A DNA stretch of 64,000 bases from an uncultured Veillonellaceae bacterium (GTDB lineage: Bacteria; Bacillota; Negativicutes; JARBTT01). The notes beneath the pieces are model-generated. The model saw nothing but the letters and a program-made list of their open reading frames with translations, was not told where the DNA came from and made no database searches. Position numbers and translations under genes: made by a program. Below are positions 46,559-59,093 of this stretch, one piece after another (the stretch's first letter is position 1; each line of letters opens with the position of its first letter). The DNA is taken from contig CAWDTA010000005.1 in assembly GCA_963805085.1 (NCBI GenBank), forward strand, positions 192,001 through 256,000, in the 5' to 3' direction.

Positions 46559-46916
46559 TTATTAGGCAGACAATCGTTTTATTTACGAGAGATACTGAAG
46601 GTAACGAATATGAGTGATGATGCATTTGTGGTCGCTACCTTCTTTAATTGTTCCTAGATATAGAGAGTGCTATCTAACTTAGCAAGAAATCATTCATTTT
46701 GCCAAAGATTACTGCAATTTGTTGTACTAAATGATTAAATTTTTTAGCTAAAATGAAATTTTTTTATAAATATGACAAATAATAATGTTTATAATCAATA
46801 AATGTGGTAAAATAATTCGGTAAAGTAAGTTTTTATTCTACATTAGTTCATGACTAGTGAAAAGGTTATGAGCTTTTTTGTTGCTAAAATTAATAAATTT
46901 AGGGGAGGATTAAAAA

Positions 46917-48215
46917 TTGAACGAATGGTTTAAGTTTAAAGAAAGAGGTACCGATCTTTCTACTGAAGTTTTAGCTGGTGTTACGACTTTCGTAACAATG
47001 ATTTATATTGTTATTGTTAACCCAGCAGTACTTAGTCAAACAGGTATGGATTTTAATGGTGTTTTCATTGCTACGATTATTGCAAGTATGGTTGCAACCT
47101 TAATTATGGGGGTTTTTGCAAATTGTCCAATTGCCCTTGCTCCTGGTATGGGGTTAAACGCGTACTTTGCTTTTGCAGTTGTTATTGCAGCAGGGGTTCC
47201 TTGGCAAAAGGCGTTAGGTGCTGTATTTATTGCATCTGTTATATTTTTGATCTTATCTTTTACAAAATTCCGTTATATTTTAATTGATGCAATTCCGATG
47301 AGCTTAAAACAAGGAATTACAGCTGGTATTGGTTTATTTATTACTTTCATCGGTTTACAAAATTCAAAATTAATTGTTGGTTCACCAGCAACTTTGGTTA
47401 CGTTAGGTAACTTGTCAGAACCAATGACGTTACTTACAATTATAGGCTTGGTTATTACCTTGGTTCTAATGGTATATAAGGTTAAAGGTTCTTTATTTAT
47501 TGGAATGATCTGTACAGCCATTATTGCTTATTTACAAGGTTTGGTTGTTATTCCGGACAGCCTTTTTTCGGCGCCAGCAGGTTTATCTCATACGGCGATG
47601 CAAATGGACTTAGCAGGTGTATTTGATGGTAGTTTGTATGCGATTATCTTTACGTTCTTTATTGTGACTCTATTTGATACCACTGGTACGATGCTTGGTA
47701 TTGGGGAACAAGCAGGTTTAATTAAAGATGGTAAATTCCCACAAGTAAAAAGTGCATTACTTGCTGATGCTGTTGGAAGTACGCTTGGAGCGATGCTTGG
47801 TACAAGCCCAACATCTGCTTATGTAGAATCTGGGGCTGGTGTTGCCGCTGGTGGTCGTACTGGTTTTACTTCCGTTGTTGTAGCAATTTTATTTGCGTTT
47901 ACATTATTTTGTGCGCCAATAGCACAAATGTTAGCAGGGATTGCTGCAGTTACAGCACCATCCTTAATCATCGTTGGTTTCTTAATGATGAATGGTCTTC
48001 GGCAAATTGATTGGTCCGATATGGAAGAAGCTTTTCCAGCGTTCTTGGTTGTATTTTTAATGCCGATTAGTTACAGCATTGCAACTGGTATCGGTATTGG
48101 TTTCATCTTCTATCCTTTATTGAAATTATTCCGTGGTAAAGGAAAGGAAATACATCCAATTATGTATGTGTTCCAGATTTTATTTATCATACAACTTGGC
48201 TTCTTAAGTCATTAA
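46917..48215 (+). CDS. NCS2/AzgA-family purine permease (PbuG/PbuO-like)
   Basis: APGMGLNAYF, FDTTGT, YVESGAGVAAGGRTG, YSIATGI. Confidence 0.92.
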   Translation: MNEWFKFKERGTDLSTEVLAGVTTFVTMIYIVIVNPAVLSQTGMDFNGVFIATIIASMVATLIMGVFANCPIALAPGMGLNAYFAFAVVIAAGVPWQKALGAVFIASVIFLILSFTKFRYILIDAIPMSLKQGITAGIGLFITFIGLQNSKLIVGSPATLVTLGNLSEPMTLLTIIGLVITLVLMVYKVKGSLFIGMICTAIIAYLQGLVVIPDSLFSAPAGLSHTAMQMDLAGVFDGSLYAIIFTFFIVTLFDTTGTMLGIGEQAGLIKDGKFPQVKSALLADAVGSTLGAMLGTSPTSAYVESGAGVAAGGRTGFTSVVVAILFAFTLFCAPIAQMLAGIAAVTAPSLIIVGFLMMNGLRQIDWSDMEEAFPAFLVVFLMPISYSIATGIGIGFIFYPLLKLFRGKGKEIHPIMYVFQILFIIQLGFLSH

Positions 48216-48355
48216 TTTATAAAAAGATAACGAGTCTATCAGTATAAGTACATTGATAGGTTCGTTATTTTTATGTAGAAACTTAATTGCTTTAATGGTA
48301 TATTTAAAATAATTAAGTTTTTACATAAAATTGGTAATCGTATTGGAGGGCGGAC

Positions 48356-48997
48356 ATGAATAAATCTTTCAAAAAATTTAGTATATTTTTAATGGGCATT
48401 TATGTCACGGTATTTACATGTACCAGTACTATTGTTGAATCAAGACCGTTTACGTGGAATAGTAAACCACAGACGATGGTTCCTATTAGTTCAGATTATT
48501 CTATTATGGGGAATGCTGTAGCGACGAAAGAACAGTGTGTAAGCTATCTATTAAAAAATAATCCCAACCCTGCGCTCATGGTATCGCCAGAGCAACTGGT
48601 AGCGTATTACTATGAAGAGGCTAGTAGAGAAGGAGTCAAACCTGACATTGCCTTTGCCCAAGCCTTACATGAGACAGGTTATTTCCGTTATGGCGGTTCA
48701 GTGGTAGCAGAACAAAATAATTTTTGTGGCTTAGGTACCATTGGTGGCGGAGCACGAGGTGCGTGGTTTGCTAATTCACAGATGGGGGTACGTGCTCATA
48801 TTCAGCATATTTTAGCATATTCAAGTACCAAACCACCGAGCACCAATATTGTTGATCCACGGTATCGTTTGGTCGCTACGACAAGAAATTTTGGGCAAGC
48901 CAGAACATGGACAGACTTAGATGGTAGATGGGCGGTACCAGGGTATGGCTATGGAGAAAAAATACTGAAAATTCATAATGATATTTTAGCAGAGTAA
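48356..48997 (+). CDS. secreted glucosaminidase-domain peptidoglycan hydrolase
   Basis: N-terminal hydrophobic segment; AQALHETGY, NNFCGLG, VDPRY, WAVPG. Confidence 0.8.
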   Translation: MNKSFKKFSIFLMGIYVTVFTCTSTIVESRPFTWNSKPQTMVPISSDYSIMGNAVATKEQCVSYLLKNNPNPALMVSPEQLVAYYYEEASREGVKPDIAFAQALHETGYFRYGGSVVAEQNNFCGLGTIGGGARGAWFANSQMGVRAHIQHILAYSSTKPPSTNIVDPRYRLVATTRNFGQARTWTDLDGRWAVPGYGYGEKILKIHNDILAE

Positions 48998-49116
48998 TTA
49001 GAAGAAATGGTTAGAAAGTTTTTCACTATTTTATTAATGCTGTGTATAGATGGCAAAATGGTCGTGAACATTTTTCTTGAGCAATAAAATATGATAAATA
49101 GAGGGGCAAGCATTCG

Positions 49117-50592
49117 ATGTTAGTACAAGAACTTTTAAAACAGGGCAATGCAGAAACAATTGCATTAATTGATGGTGATAAGCGGATCACTTATCGCCAA
49201 TTGCAACTACAAATGGAAAAATATCGGAATTATTTTTATGCTTGTGGCATTCGCTCTGGTGAAAATATTGGCTTATTATCGCGTAATTCAGTTGAGTATA
49301 TCTATATTTATATGGCAATTGCTAGCTTAGGTGCTGTCGTTGTGCCGATTAATTTTCAATTAAGTGATCGTGAAATTGCTTATATTGTAAAAGATGCTGA
49401 CATGAATTTTTTGATTGCTAATCAAACGATTACTTTAGATCAAGTATTAGCAAAGCAAGGGTATCATAAAAAGTTAACCCAATTACAGATCCTTGATATC
49501 GTTGATGCTATTTCAAGTCAGTCTTATCAGAATTGTCCTAGCTTGCCGGATTCGTTTAGCGCGCAGGAAACTTGTGTTATTATTTATACTTCAGGTACGA
49601 CTGGAAGCCCAAAAGGTGCTGAATTGTCGCATCATAATTTGGTAAGTGATGCAGCTATGTTTCAAGAAGCGTTATCAATCAATGACCAAGATAATATTTT
49701 GTGTGTATTGCCTATGTATCATTGTTTTGCTTGGACTTGTGCGGTACTAAATCCATTATTAAGTGGGGCAACAATTACGATTCTTGATACATTTGCGCCG
49801 AAGGAAACTACCGAAGTAATTAAAGCAGAAAAGGTAAGTGTCGTTTATGCAGTGCCGGCAATTTGTAGCTTACTTACGCGATTAGCAACACCAACGGATT
49901 TGGCTACGGTACGGATTGTAGTTGTAGGTGGCACTACGTTACCTTTGAAAATTGCCGAAGATTTTATTGCCAAATTTGGGGTGGAATTATTAGAAGGATA
50001 TGGTTTATCAGAAGCATCACCAGTTGTGGCGGTCAATCGACCCGGAAAAGTAAAGTCTGGTTCTATTGGTTTGGCATTGCCACGGATTATTGCGTGTATT
50101 GTGAATGAAGAAGGCGAAGAATTGTCAAGAGGTGAGGTTGGTGAGCTAGTTGTTCGGGGAGATAATGTGATGAAAGGGTATTTTCATTTACCAGAGGAAA
50201 CCGAGAAAGCATTTGCTCATGGTTGGCTTCATACTGGAGATATGGCTTATCAAGATGAAGAGGGGTACATCTTTATCGTAGATCGCTTAAAGGATATGAT
50301 TATCAGCAATGGTGAAAATATTTATCCCCGAGAAATTGAAGAATTATTATATGCGTATCCCGATATTATGGAAGCAACAGTTGTTGGCGTAACTGACAAA
50401 CTTCGTGGTCAGGCGGGGGCTGCGTTTATCGTTGTGGAAACTGGCAAAGAACTAAGTAAAAAAGCGTTGAAAGAATATTTACAAGCAAATTTAGCTTTAT
50501 ATAAAATACCGCGTGAATTTCACGTGGTAGAGTCCTTACCTAAAAACCAGACGGGAAAGATTTTAAAAAGAGTATTGGTGGAATCAGTATAG
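49117..50592 (+). CDS. long-chain fatty acid-CoA ligase-like ANL enzyme
   Basis: YTSGTTGSPKG, EGYGLSE, HTGD, DRLKD, PKNQTGK. Confidence 0.9.
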   Translation: MLVQELLKQGNAETIALIDGDKRITYRQLQLQMEKYRNYFYACGIRSGENIGLLSRNSVEYIYIYMAIASLGAVVVPINFQLSDREIAYIVKDADMNFLIANQTITLDQVLAKQGYHKKLTQLQILDIVDAISSQSYQNCPSLPDSFSAQETCVIIYTSGTTGSPKGAELSHHNLVSDAAMFQEALSINDQDNILCVLPMYHCFAWTCAVLNPLLSGATITILDTFAPKETTEVIKAEKVSVVYAVPAICSLLTRLATPTDLATVRIVVVGGTTLPLKIAEDFIAKFGVELLEGYGLSEASPVVAVNRPGKVKSGSIGLALPRIIACIVNEEGEELSRGEVGELVVRGDNVMKGYFHLPEETEKAFAHGWLHTGDMAYQDEEGYIFIVDRLKDMIISNGENIYPREIEELLYAYPDIMEATVVGVTDKLRGQAGAAFIVVETGKELSKKALKEYLQANLALYKIPREFHVVESLPKNQTGKILKRVLVESV

Positions 50593-50799
50593 TTGTTTTG
50601 ATGAATGTAAAAGCTAGGTAAAAAGGCCAATCTTCAATTTTATTGTACTATTTTTGTTTCGTGCGCATAGGCTGTTATAAAAAATATTTTTATAGCAGCT
50701 TTTTTATCATGATTTTACTGCGATTTATTAGACTTCACATACAGAATATGATAAAATATTGCGATATAAAGAAATTTTTTTAAAGGACTGATAAATTAA

Positions 50800-52422
<1,623 letters not shown>

Positions 52423-52435
52423 TTTTATATAAAAT

Positions 52436-52471
52436 AAAAGGCGAAACTCTCTAGGAGATTTCGCCTTTTTT
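52436..52471 (+). terminator. intrinsic terminator
   Basis: AAAAGGCGAAA / TTTCGCCTTTT + U-tract. Confidence 0.85.
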
Positions 52472-52536
52472 CATTTCGATGTTATACTAGTAGTAAGATG
52501 TATCTTAGTAAAATTTCTTGAATGGAGTAAAAGCGT

Positions 52537-54150
52537 ATGTTGATGGGAAGCTTTTTAAAATATAGCAAAGAAGCCCAAAGTCAAAATATATCTACAGATC
52601 GATTAAAAGAAATTATCTCAGTCTTGAATGGACGAGATATTGTCCATGGATTAACGCCAGAAAAATTACGATTGATTTTAGAAGATTTAGGCCCTACCTT
52701 TGTGAAACTTGGACAAATCATGTCAATGCGGCCTGACATCATGCCGCAGGAATATTGTGATGAATTGGTTAAATTGCGGGCAGAGGTAACACCCTTATCT
52801 TTCGAGCAAATTATCAAGGTAATAGAATCAGAATATAATACTTCAGCTTCAGATATTTTTGAGAAAATTGAACCTAACCCACTTGGTTCGGCATCAATTG
52901 CGCAGGTCCATGAAGCTACATTACGGAGCGGTAAAAAAGTCGTTGTAAAAGTACAACGACCAGGCATTTATGATGTTATGGCACAAGACATTGTCTTACT
53001 TCGCAGAGCAGCGCAAATCCTAAGGATTATCAGTGAGACAAGCAATGTACTTGATTTCAATATGATTGTTGATGAAATGTGGACTCTAGCCAAACAAGAA
53101 ATGGATTTTTTGATGGAGGCCAATCATAATTATGAATTTAGCAATTTTAATCGTGATGTAGAGTACGTATCATGCCCCATGATTGAGAAGCATTTAACTA
53201 CTTCACATATTTTGGTTATGGAATATATTGAAGGAATTCAGATTGATAAGGTCGATCAGCTAGTGGCACTTGGTTATGATATGACGGAGATTGGTAAAAA
53301 ACTTGGCGAAAATTATGTAAAGCAGATCGTTGACGATGGCTTTTTTCACGCCGATCCTCATCCAGGTAACATTTGGATCCGTGATGGGAATATTGTTTGG
53401 TTGGATTTGGGGATGATTGGAAAACTGTCACATAGAGATAAAACGATGTTTCGGAAGGCCGTCATTGCAATCGTCAATAATGACACATATGAGATGAAAA
53501 ATGCGGTGCTTTCTATTGGTATACAAAATGAGCGAGTCAATCATGCCAAGCTATATGCTGATATTGATGATGTAATGAATAAATATGTCGGAACGGATTT
53601 TGGCAGTCTGGATGTTGGACAGCTAATTCGAAGAATGCTCGGAATTGCGAAACGGCATAATATTGGTTTCGCCCCGGGGATTAGTATTCTTGCGCGTGGT
53701 GCAATAACCCTTGAAGGAGTGCTTAGATCTTGTTGTCCAGAAGTAAACTTAGTCGACATTTTATCAAGGCATATGAAGTCCGATTTTAAAAAAAATTTTG
53801 ATTTAGCTGAAGAATTGCAGCATACGCAGAAGTTGTTATATAAATTTACGCGTAAAGCAGTGGATATACCAGGGCAGTTGTCGGATATTTTAAAGATGAC
53901 AATCAAAGGGCAAACCAAGGTCAATTTAGATTTGACAGGCTGTGAAGAACCAATTAGACAAGTTGATAAGATGATCAATAAACTGATCGTTTGTATCATC
54001 AGTTCAGCATTATTAGTCGGTTCAAGCATTATTGCCACAACGCAAATGAAGCCTCAAATCATGGGGATACCGTTACTGGGGGTTTTTGGGTACATTGGTG
54101 CTTTGATTTTGTGTAGCCGGCTGTTATATAGTATATTAAAACATAAATAA
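52537..54150 (+). CDS. AarF/UbiB (ABC1) family kinase-like protein
   Basis: LGPTFVKLGQ, ASIAQVH, VKVQRP, FHADPHPGN, DLGM; two C-terminal TMs. Confidence 0.92.
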   Translation: MLMGSFLKYSKEAQSQNISTDRLKEIISVLNGRDIVHGLTPEKLRLILEDLGPTFVKLGQIMSMRPDIMPQEYCDELVKLRAEVTPLSFEQIIKVIESEYNTSASDIFEKIEPNPLGSASIAQVHEATLRSGKKVVVKVQRPGIYDVMAQDIVLLRRAAQILRIISETSNVLDFNMIVDEMWTLAKQEMDFLMEANHNYEFSNFNRDVEYVSCPMIEKHLTTSHILVMEYIEGIQIDKVDQLVALGYDMTEIGKKLGENYVKQIVDDGFFHADPHPGNIWIRDGNIVWLDLGMIGKLSHRDKTMFRKAVIAIVNNDTYEMKNAVLSIGIQNERVNHAKLYADIDDVMNKYVGTDFGSLDVGQLIRRMLGIAKRHNIGFAPGISILARGAITLEGVLRSCCPEVNLVDILSRHMKSDFKKNFDLAEELQHTQKLLYKFTRKAVDIPGQLSDILKMTIKGQTKVNLDLTGCEEPIRQVDKMINKLIVCIISSALLVGSSIIATTQMKPQIMGIPLLGVFGYIGALILCSRLLYSILKHK

Positions 54151-54198
54151 ACTCGGGAGGCTCAGCCTTTCGAGTTTATTTATGTTCGTAGAATATTT

Positions 54199-56034
54199 TT
54201 ATTTATCAGAGCTATTACAAGTTGGTAAGAAGAATTTTATAAAAAAAGTGGTACCCCCTGAGGTGGAATCGATGGTAATCGTGGCATTATTTTTGCTGGC
54301 AATATTATAACAAATAGAAAGTCCTAAACCGGTACCGTTATCTTTGGTAGTAAAAAATGGTGTGCCGATTTTTTCTCGTATTTCATCAGGAATACCAGGG
54401 CCTTCATCTTTGATGGCTAATAAGAGGCTTTCAGGCGTAGTATGGTGGGTAGAAATCGTTATTTTTCCACCACGTTTCATTGCTTCTAAGCCATTTTTAA
54501 CGATATTTAAAATCAGTTGTCGAATCTCTTTACCATCTAGTAATAAATCAGGAATTTCATGCAAATCAACATCAATAAAGTTATTGCTTGTAATCGCATT
54601 GGTTTGCAATAAAGGTAGTATTTGTCTAATGATAGTATTTAAATTGACGGATTCTATTTGACTTCTTTTATTTTTTGCAAGTGATAAATACTCTGAAATG
54701 ATTAAATTCGCACGATCTAGTTCTTCAATCATCAATTCAAAATAAGATTGATAGGTTTTCATTTCATTTTTATTACTAAGCATTTGCAAAAAGCCACGAA
54801 CAGAGGTCATTGGATTGCGAATTTCATGTCCTACACCAGCAGCGAGTTCGCTGGCAATATTGAGTCGTTCTAGTCGATCAATTTCATTTGCTAGATCATG
54901 TACTTCACTGATATCATTGATCGTAAAAATAATCGCTGGTGTACCTTTATAATCAATATTACGAGCTGATAATAAACCAATGCGTTGGGATGGAGTTAAA
55001 GCTGTAAAATTAAAATTCATTTCTATATTTCTAACAATATTGTTATTTTCTAATCTTCTCAAGATACAATTGTGCTGATCTGGTTTTGTATCAAGTGTTA
55101 AGTCTAACCAAATTTTATCATAAATATGGTCATGCGATAACCCCGTTGCAATACAAAAGCTTTTATTTGCTTCAATGATTTCCCCAGCTCTATTCGTGAT
55201 GAATGTTATAATGGGTAATTGATCAAACGTAGTTTCACTTTCATCATTGGTTAATAAAAGTTTTTTGAAGATGTTCTTTTCTTGGATAATATCTGTAATG
55301 GAAACTAAGGTTTGCTTACTATGTGGGATGAGAGAAATGGTGATATAGAGATTCTTTTGGATACCTTTGGCCGTTTTCACGTGAATTGTATGATAATTAG
55401 GAGCACTATCAGGATCAAATTGCTTTTGGTTTTGCAGATGAATAAAGTAGCGATAAGATCTTTTGGATATTCGTCCTAAGTAGTCCTTTTTACCTTCATA
55501 ATCTTCTCGATTAATATCGAATAATTTTTCGCAACTTCTATTTAGTGAAACAATCGACATATTTTCACCAAAAATAACCATTGCGGTACTGCTATAATAA
55601 AATGCATCATAGTAAAGCTTAGGTAAGTCAGGTAATATAGGTACGGCTATGTTCTGTGATACTCGTTTGATCTTTATAATTGTATTGCTATTTTCTTGGT
55701 TTAAATCTTCCTGGGAAAACTTTACTTCAAAAGTAACGACAGAGTCGTTCAGTATTATTTTTTTTGTAAAAGTAATGGAAATATAATGCGATTGACGAAA
55801 GTTAGATAGCTCATTCATTAACCAATCTGGTAGATGAAATTTTTTCAGATTGATTTCTTTCGTAAATTTTAATTTTTTAAATAATTGCTCTCCCGCTTTA
55901 TTAATGGTTAGAATACAGTTTTTATAGTCAACTACAAAAACAGTAGCAGGTAAATTATCAACAAATTCGATATAATCATCATTATGGTTTGTAGATGTAA
56001 TATCAAGGGCTGTCTTAATGGAACGTTTGTTCAT
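54199..56034 (-). CDS. orphan cytoplasmic multi-PAS histidine kinase (sporulation kinase-like)
   Basis: ELAAGVGHEIRNPMTSVRGFLQ, PFFTTK, GTGLGL; no TM; no adjacent regulator. Confidence 0.88.
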   Translation of the reverse strand: MNKRSIKTALDITSTNHNDDYIEFVDNLPATVFVVDYKNCILTINKAGEQLFKKLKFTKEINLKKFHLPDWLMNELSNFRQSHYISITFTKKIILNDSVVTFEVKFSQEDLNQENSNTIIKIKRVSQNIAVPILPDLPKLYYDAFYYSSTAMVIFGENMSIVSLNRSCEKLFDINREDYEGKKDYLGRISKRSYRYFIHLQNQKQFDPDSAPNYHTIHVKTAKGIQKNLYITISLIPHSKQTLVSITDIIQEKNIFKKLLLTNDESETTFDQLPIITFITNRAGEIIEANKSFCIATGLSHDHIYDKIWLDLTLDTKPDQHNCILRRLENNNIVRNIEMNFNFTALTPSQRIGLLSARNIDYKGTPAIIFTINDISEVHDLANEIDRLERLNIASELAAGVGHEIRNPMTSVRGFLQMLSNKNEMKTYQSYFELMIEELDRANLIISEYLSLAKNKRSQIESVNLNTIIRQILPLLQTNAITSNNFIDVDLHEIPDLLLDGKEIRQLILNIVKNGLEAMKRGGKITISTHHTTPESLLLAIKDEGPGIPDEIREKIGTPFFTTKDNGTGLGLSICYNIASKNNATITIDSTSGGTTFFIKFFLPTCNSSDK

Positions 56035-56306
56035 AAAGATATCTCCTAAACTGTTTTTTGGTAAAATTTATTTTATAGATATTATATACAACACATACCA
56101 ATAAATACCTTTAATAATGGTAAAAATGGTAAAAAAATTTTCGCATATTAAATAGTGTAAGAATTTCCTCTATTATTCTATCAATAAAATTTATCATTCT
56201 AGTTTTTATTGAGAAATGTTGTTCATAAGAAGGGGAATTGATCAATAAAAGAGAATTTTATAATAGTTAATCTATGATGAAGTTTATTTAGGCAAAGGGG
56301 ATATTT

Positions 56307-56972
56307 ATGCAAGATTTTACAAAATATAATACGATATTTTTTGATTTAGATGGTACGTTGTTCGATTCTGCGCTAGGGATTATTCGTTGTCTTCAGTATT
56401 CATTAGAAAAGCTTAATATTGTGGAAACTGAAGGAGAGAAGCTACGCCATTATATCGGCCCTTCACTAACAGAAACTTATACAAAAATTTACGGTATGAG
56501 TGATGAGGAGGCCGTGCAAGCGACTGAGTTTTATCGCGAGCGATTTGAACGTGAGGGAATCAAGGAAAATGTAATGTTTGAAGGGGTCGATCATTTATTA
56601 GCGGGGTTGAAAGCACAGAAAAAAACAATGGTTCTCGCAACGGCAAAACCGACGGAGCACGCCAAAAAGATTTTAGAGTATTATCAGATTGATCATTATT
56701 TTACAGTGATTGCTGGCAGTAATTTTGATGGCACGCGGGAACATAAAGGCGAAGTGATCGAATTTGCTTTGTCCCAACTAGAAAATCCTGACGTTAAAAA
56801 TATTATTATGGTTGGTGATCGTCAGCATGATATTTTAGGGGCGAAAGAAAATGATCTTGCAGTTATTGGGGTAGGGTATGGGTATGGAACGTTAGAAGAG
56901 TTAACGGAAGCTAAACCGGATAAAATAGTTACTTCGGTGGAGGAACTTAGCAATCTATTATTAGGAAAATAA
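56307..56972 (+). CDS. HAD-IA hydrolase (phosphoglycolate phosphatase/nucleotidase-like)
   Basis: FDLDGTL, ATAKP, MVGDRQHDILGA. Confidence 0.9.
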   Translation: MQDFTKYNTIFFDLDGTLFDSALGIIRCLQYSLEKLNIVETEGEKLRHYIGPSLTETYTKIYGMSDEEAVQATEFYRERFEREGIKENVMFEGVDHLLAGLKAQKKTMVLATAKPTEHAKKILEYYQIDHYFTVIAGSNFDGTREHKGEVIEFALSQLENPDVKNIIMVGDRQHDILGAKENDLAVIGVGYGYGTLEELTEAKPDKIVTSVEELSNLLLGK

Positions 56973-57124
56973 TCAGTATTTTATAGTCTAAATGATAAAC
57001 AATGCGTTTATTATTTAGACTATTTTTTACATAAGGAAAATAAAAATATGGTTACCTTTTTGAAAAATGCTGAATAGAATGAAAGAAAAAGGAAGCGGAA
57101 AAAATAAATAGTAGAGGGATCGGT

Positions 57125-58516
57125 ATGATAAGACAAAGTTTTGCGAAAAAACTTCGGCAAATGGTAGTGGGTGTAGACCGGCGCATACCAATACTGAATG
57201 GCGAATTGGTCACAGCAATCAATTTTGACAATGCCGCAACAACACCACCGTTTATCTCTGTTATGAGTGAGATTAATGAATTTGTTTCATGGTATTCCTC
57301 AGTGCATCGAGGAATGGGCTACAAGTCGACGGTGTCTTCAGACATTTACGAAAATGGTAGAGCGTTGATTAAAAAATTTGTTGGTGCAGATGATCATAAA
57401 GATACGTTGATTTATACAAAGACGACGACAGAAGCAATTAATATTTTTGCGAATGCTTTCTGGTATGAGCACCGAAAGGCAATGATTCTTAGTACAGAAA
57501 TGGAACATTTGGCGAACGATTTACCGTGGCGTTATAAATTTGCCATGGACTATGTAAAGATTGATCAAGTTGGCAGATTGGATCTGGTCGATTTAGAAAA
57601 GAAATTAATACAATACAAAGGCAAAGTCAAGCTGGTAAGTGTGACCGGTGCATCCAATGTAACTGGCTATATCAATCCGATTTATGATATTGCAAAGCTT
57701 GCGCATAGCTATGGTGCGGAAATATTAGTAGATGGTGCTCAATTGGTACCACATCGGGCGGTAGACATGAAGCCACATGAACGGGAGGAGCATATTGACT
57801 ATTTGGTATTTTCAGCTCATAAAATGTATGCACCTTTTGGTATTGGAGTGCTTATTGGCAAGAGTAGGACTTTTAAGAAAAACACACCTTATTTAAAAGG
57901 TGGAGGAGCAGTAGAACTCGTTACTGATACTTTTGTAGATTGGGATGCTGCGCCTTATAAAGATGAAGCTGGTACACCAAATGTGATCGGTGTTGCGGCA
58001 CTGTTAAAAGCGATTACTACTTTAAATAAGCTTGATATGCAGCGAGTCCATATCTATGAGCAAGAAGTGATAAATTATATCATTGACGGGCTTAGAGCTG
58101 TTAAAAATATTAAATTGTTTGGCTGTCCTAAAAAACAAGGTGATAAAGTCAGCATTATTTCTTTTATTTTGCCCAATATTGAGCATCGGATGATTGCAAA
58201 AATATTATCTTATGAATTTGGTATTGCTGTCCGCAGTGGTTTATTTTGCGCCCACCCTTATGTACAGAAGTTGCTAGGTTTGTCAAGTGAAGAGATTCAA
58301 TACTACAGAGAAAATGACAATGTCCCTTTTCCAGGAATCGTTCGAGTGAGCCTTGGAGTTTATAACAATTATGAAGAAGCGGATGTCTTTCTTCGTAGTG
58401 TGCATGATATCGCGAATAATGTTACTGGTTATATTGAAAAATATAGTAAGATAAAAGAGTTTCCCCCATATCCCAAGTCAGGTATATTTAACAATAATCG
58501 TCACTATTTACCATAA
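57125..58516 (+). CDS. class V PLP enzyme, SufS/selenocysteine lyase-like
   Basis: FDNAATT, EHLAN, DGAQ, SAHKMYAP, RSGLFCAHP. Confidence 0.85.
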   Translation: MIRQSFAKKLRQMVVGVDRRIPILNGELVTAINFDNAATTPPFISVMSEINEFVSWYSSVHRGMGYKSTVSSDIYENGRALIKKFVGADDHKDTLIYTKTTTEAINIFANAFWYEHRKAMILSTEMEHLANDLPWRYKFAMDYVKIDQVGRLDLVDLEKKLIQYKGKVKLVSVTGASNVTGYINPIYDIAKLAHSYGAEILVDGAQLVPHRAVDMKPHEREEHIDYLVFSAHKMYAPFGIGVLIGKSRTFKKNTPYLKGGGAVELVTDTFVDWDAAPYKDEAGTPNVIGVAALLKAITTLNKLDMQRVHIYEQEVINYIIDGLRAVKNIKLFGCPKKQGDKVSIISFILPNIEHRMIAKILSYEFGIAVRSGLFCAHPYVQKLLGLSSEEIQYYRENDNVPFPGIVRVSLGVYNNYEEADVFLRSVHDIANNVTGYIEKYSKIKEFPPYPKSGIFNNNRHYLP

Positions 58517-58674
58517 TAGGAGCTATAAGAGAAGGCGTTTTCTCTTGTAGCTCTTATTTTATATTAATTTTATATTAATTTATTAAATTTTGTAGAAGTT
58601 AGATAGGATTTTTGTCAATTAGTGCGAATACTATGAAAAGTACATTCGATTTTAAGATAATAATTAGGAGGTCT

Positions 58675-59046
58675 ATGGTGTTGCAAGGAATAAGGGGAGC
58701 TATTACTGTAACAGAAAATAACAAAGAAATTATTTTTCTCGCAGTACAAGAGTTGTTAAAGGAATTAGTGACCAAGAATAACTTAGATATTAAAGATATT
58801 GGGGCGGCTATTTTTAGTGCCACACCCGATTTAAATGCGGCATTTCCAGCAGCTGCAGCCAGAAAAATTGGCTGGGAATTAGTCCCATTATTTGGAACGC
58901 AAGAGCTGGATGTTGAAAATGGGTTAGATAAGTGCGTACGTGTACTTTTATTGGTAAATACAGAAAAACGACAAAATGAAATTGTCCATGTATATTTAGG
59001 CGAATCCAATTGCCTACGCCCTGATTTAGCCCAAAAGATATTGTAA
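58675..59046 (+). CDS. aroH: chorismate mutase, AroH class
   Basis: GIRGAITV, FSATPDLNAAFPAAAAR, HVYLG, LRPD; AGGAGG RBS. Confidence 0.93.
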   Translation: MVLQGIRGAITVTENNKEIIFLAVQELLKELVTKNNLDIKDIGAAIFSATPDLNAAFPAAAARKIGWELVPLFGTQELDVENGLDKCVRVLLLVNTEKRQNEIVHVYLGESNCLRPDLAQKIL

Positions 59047-59093
59047 TCTACTGAAATACAAAATAATAATATGAATAAAAGGGGTTAGCTATA

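Noticed and set aside
46597-46645. Hairpin GAAGGTAACGA/TCGCTACCTTC as a possible ncRNA
   Set aside because: Position just after the DUF4392 stop with following Ts fits an ordinary terminator.
46790-46856. Purine riboswitch-like words (TATAAT, AATGTGG, TTCTAC, GACTA) before the NCS2 permease
   Set aside because: Spacing is wrong, P2/P3 stems do not form, and CGGTAAA is out of order.
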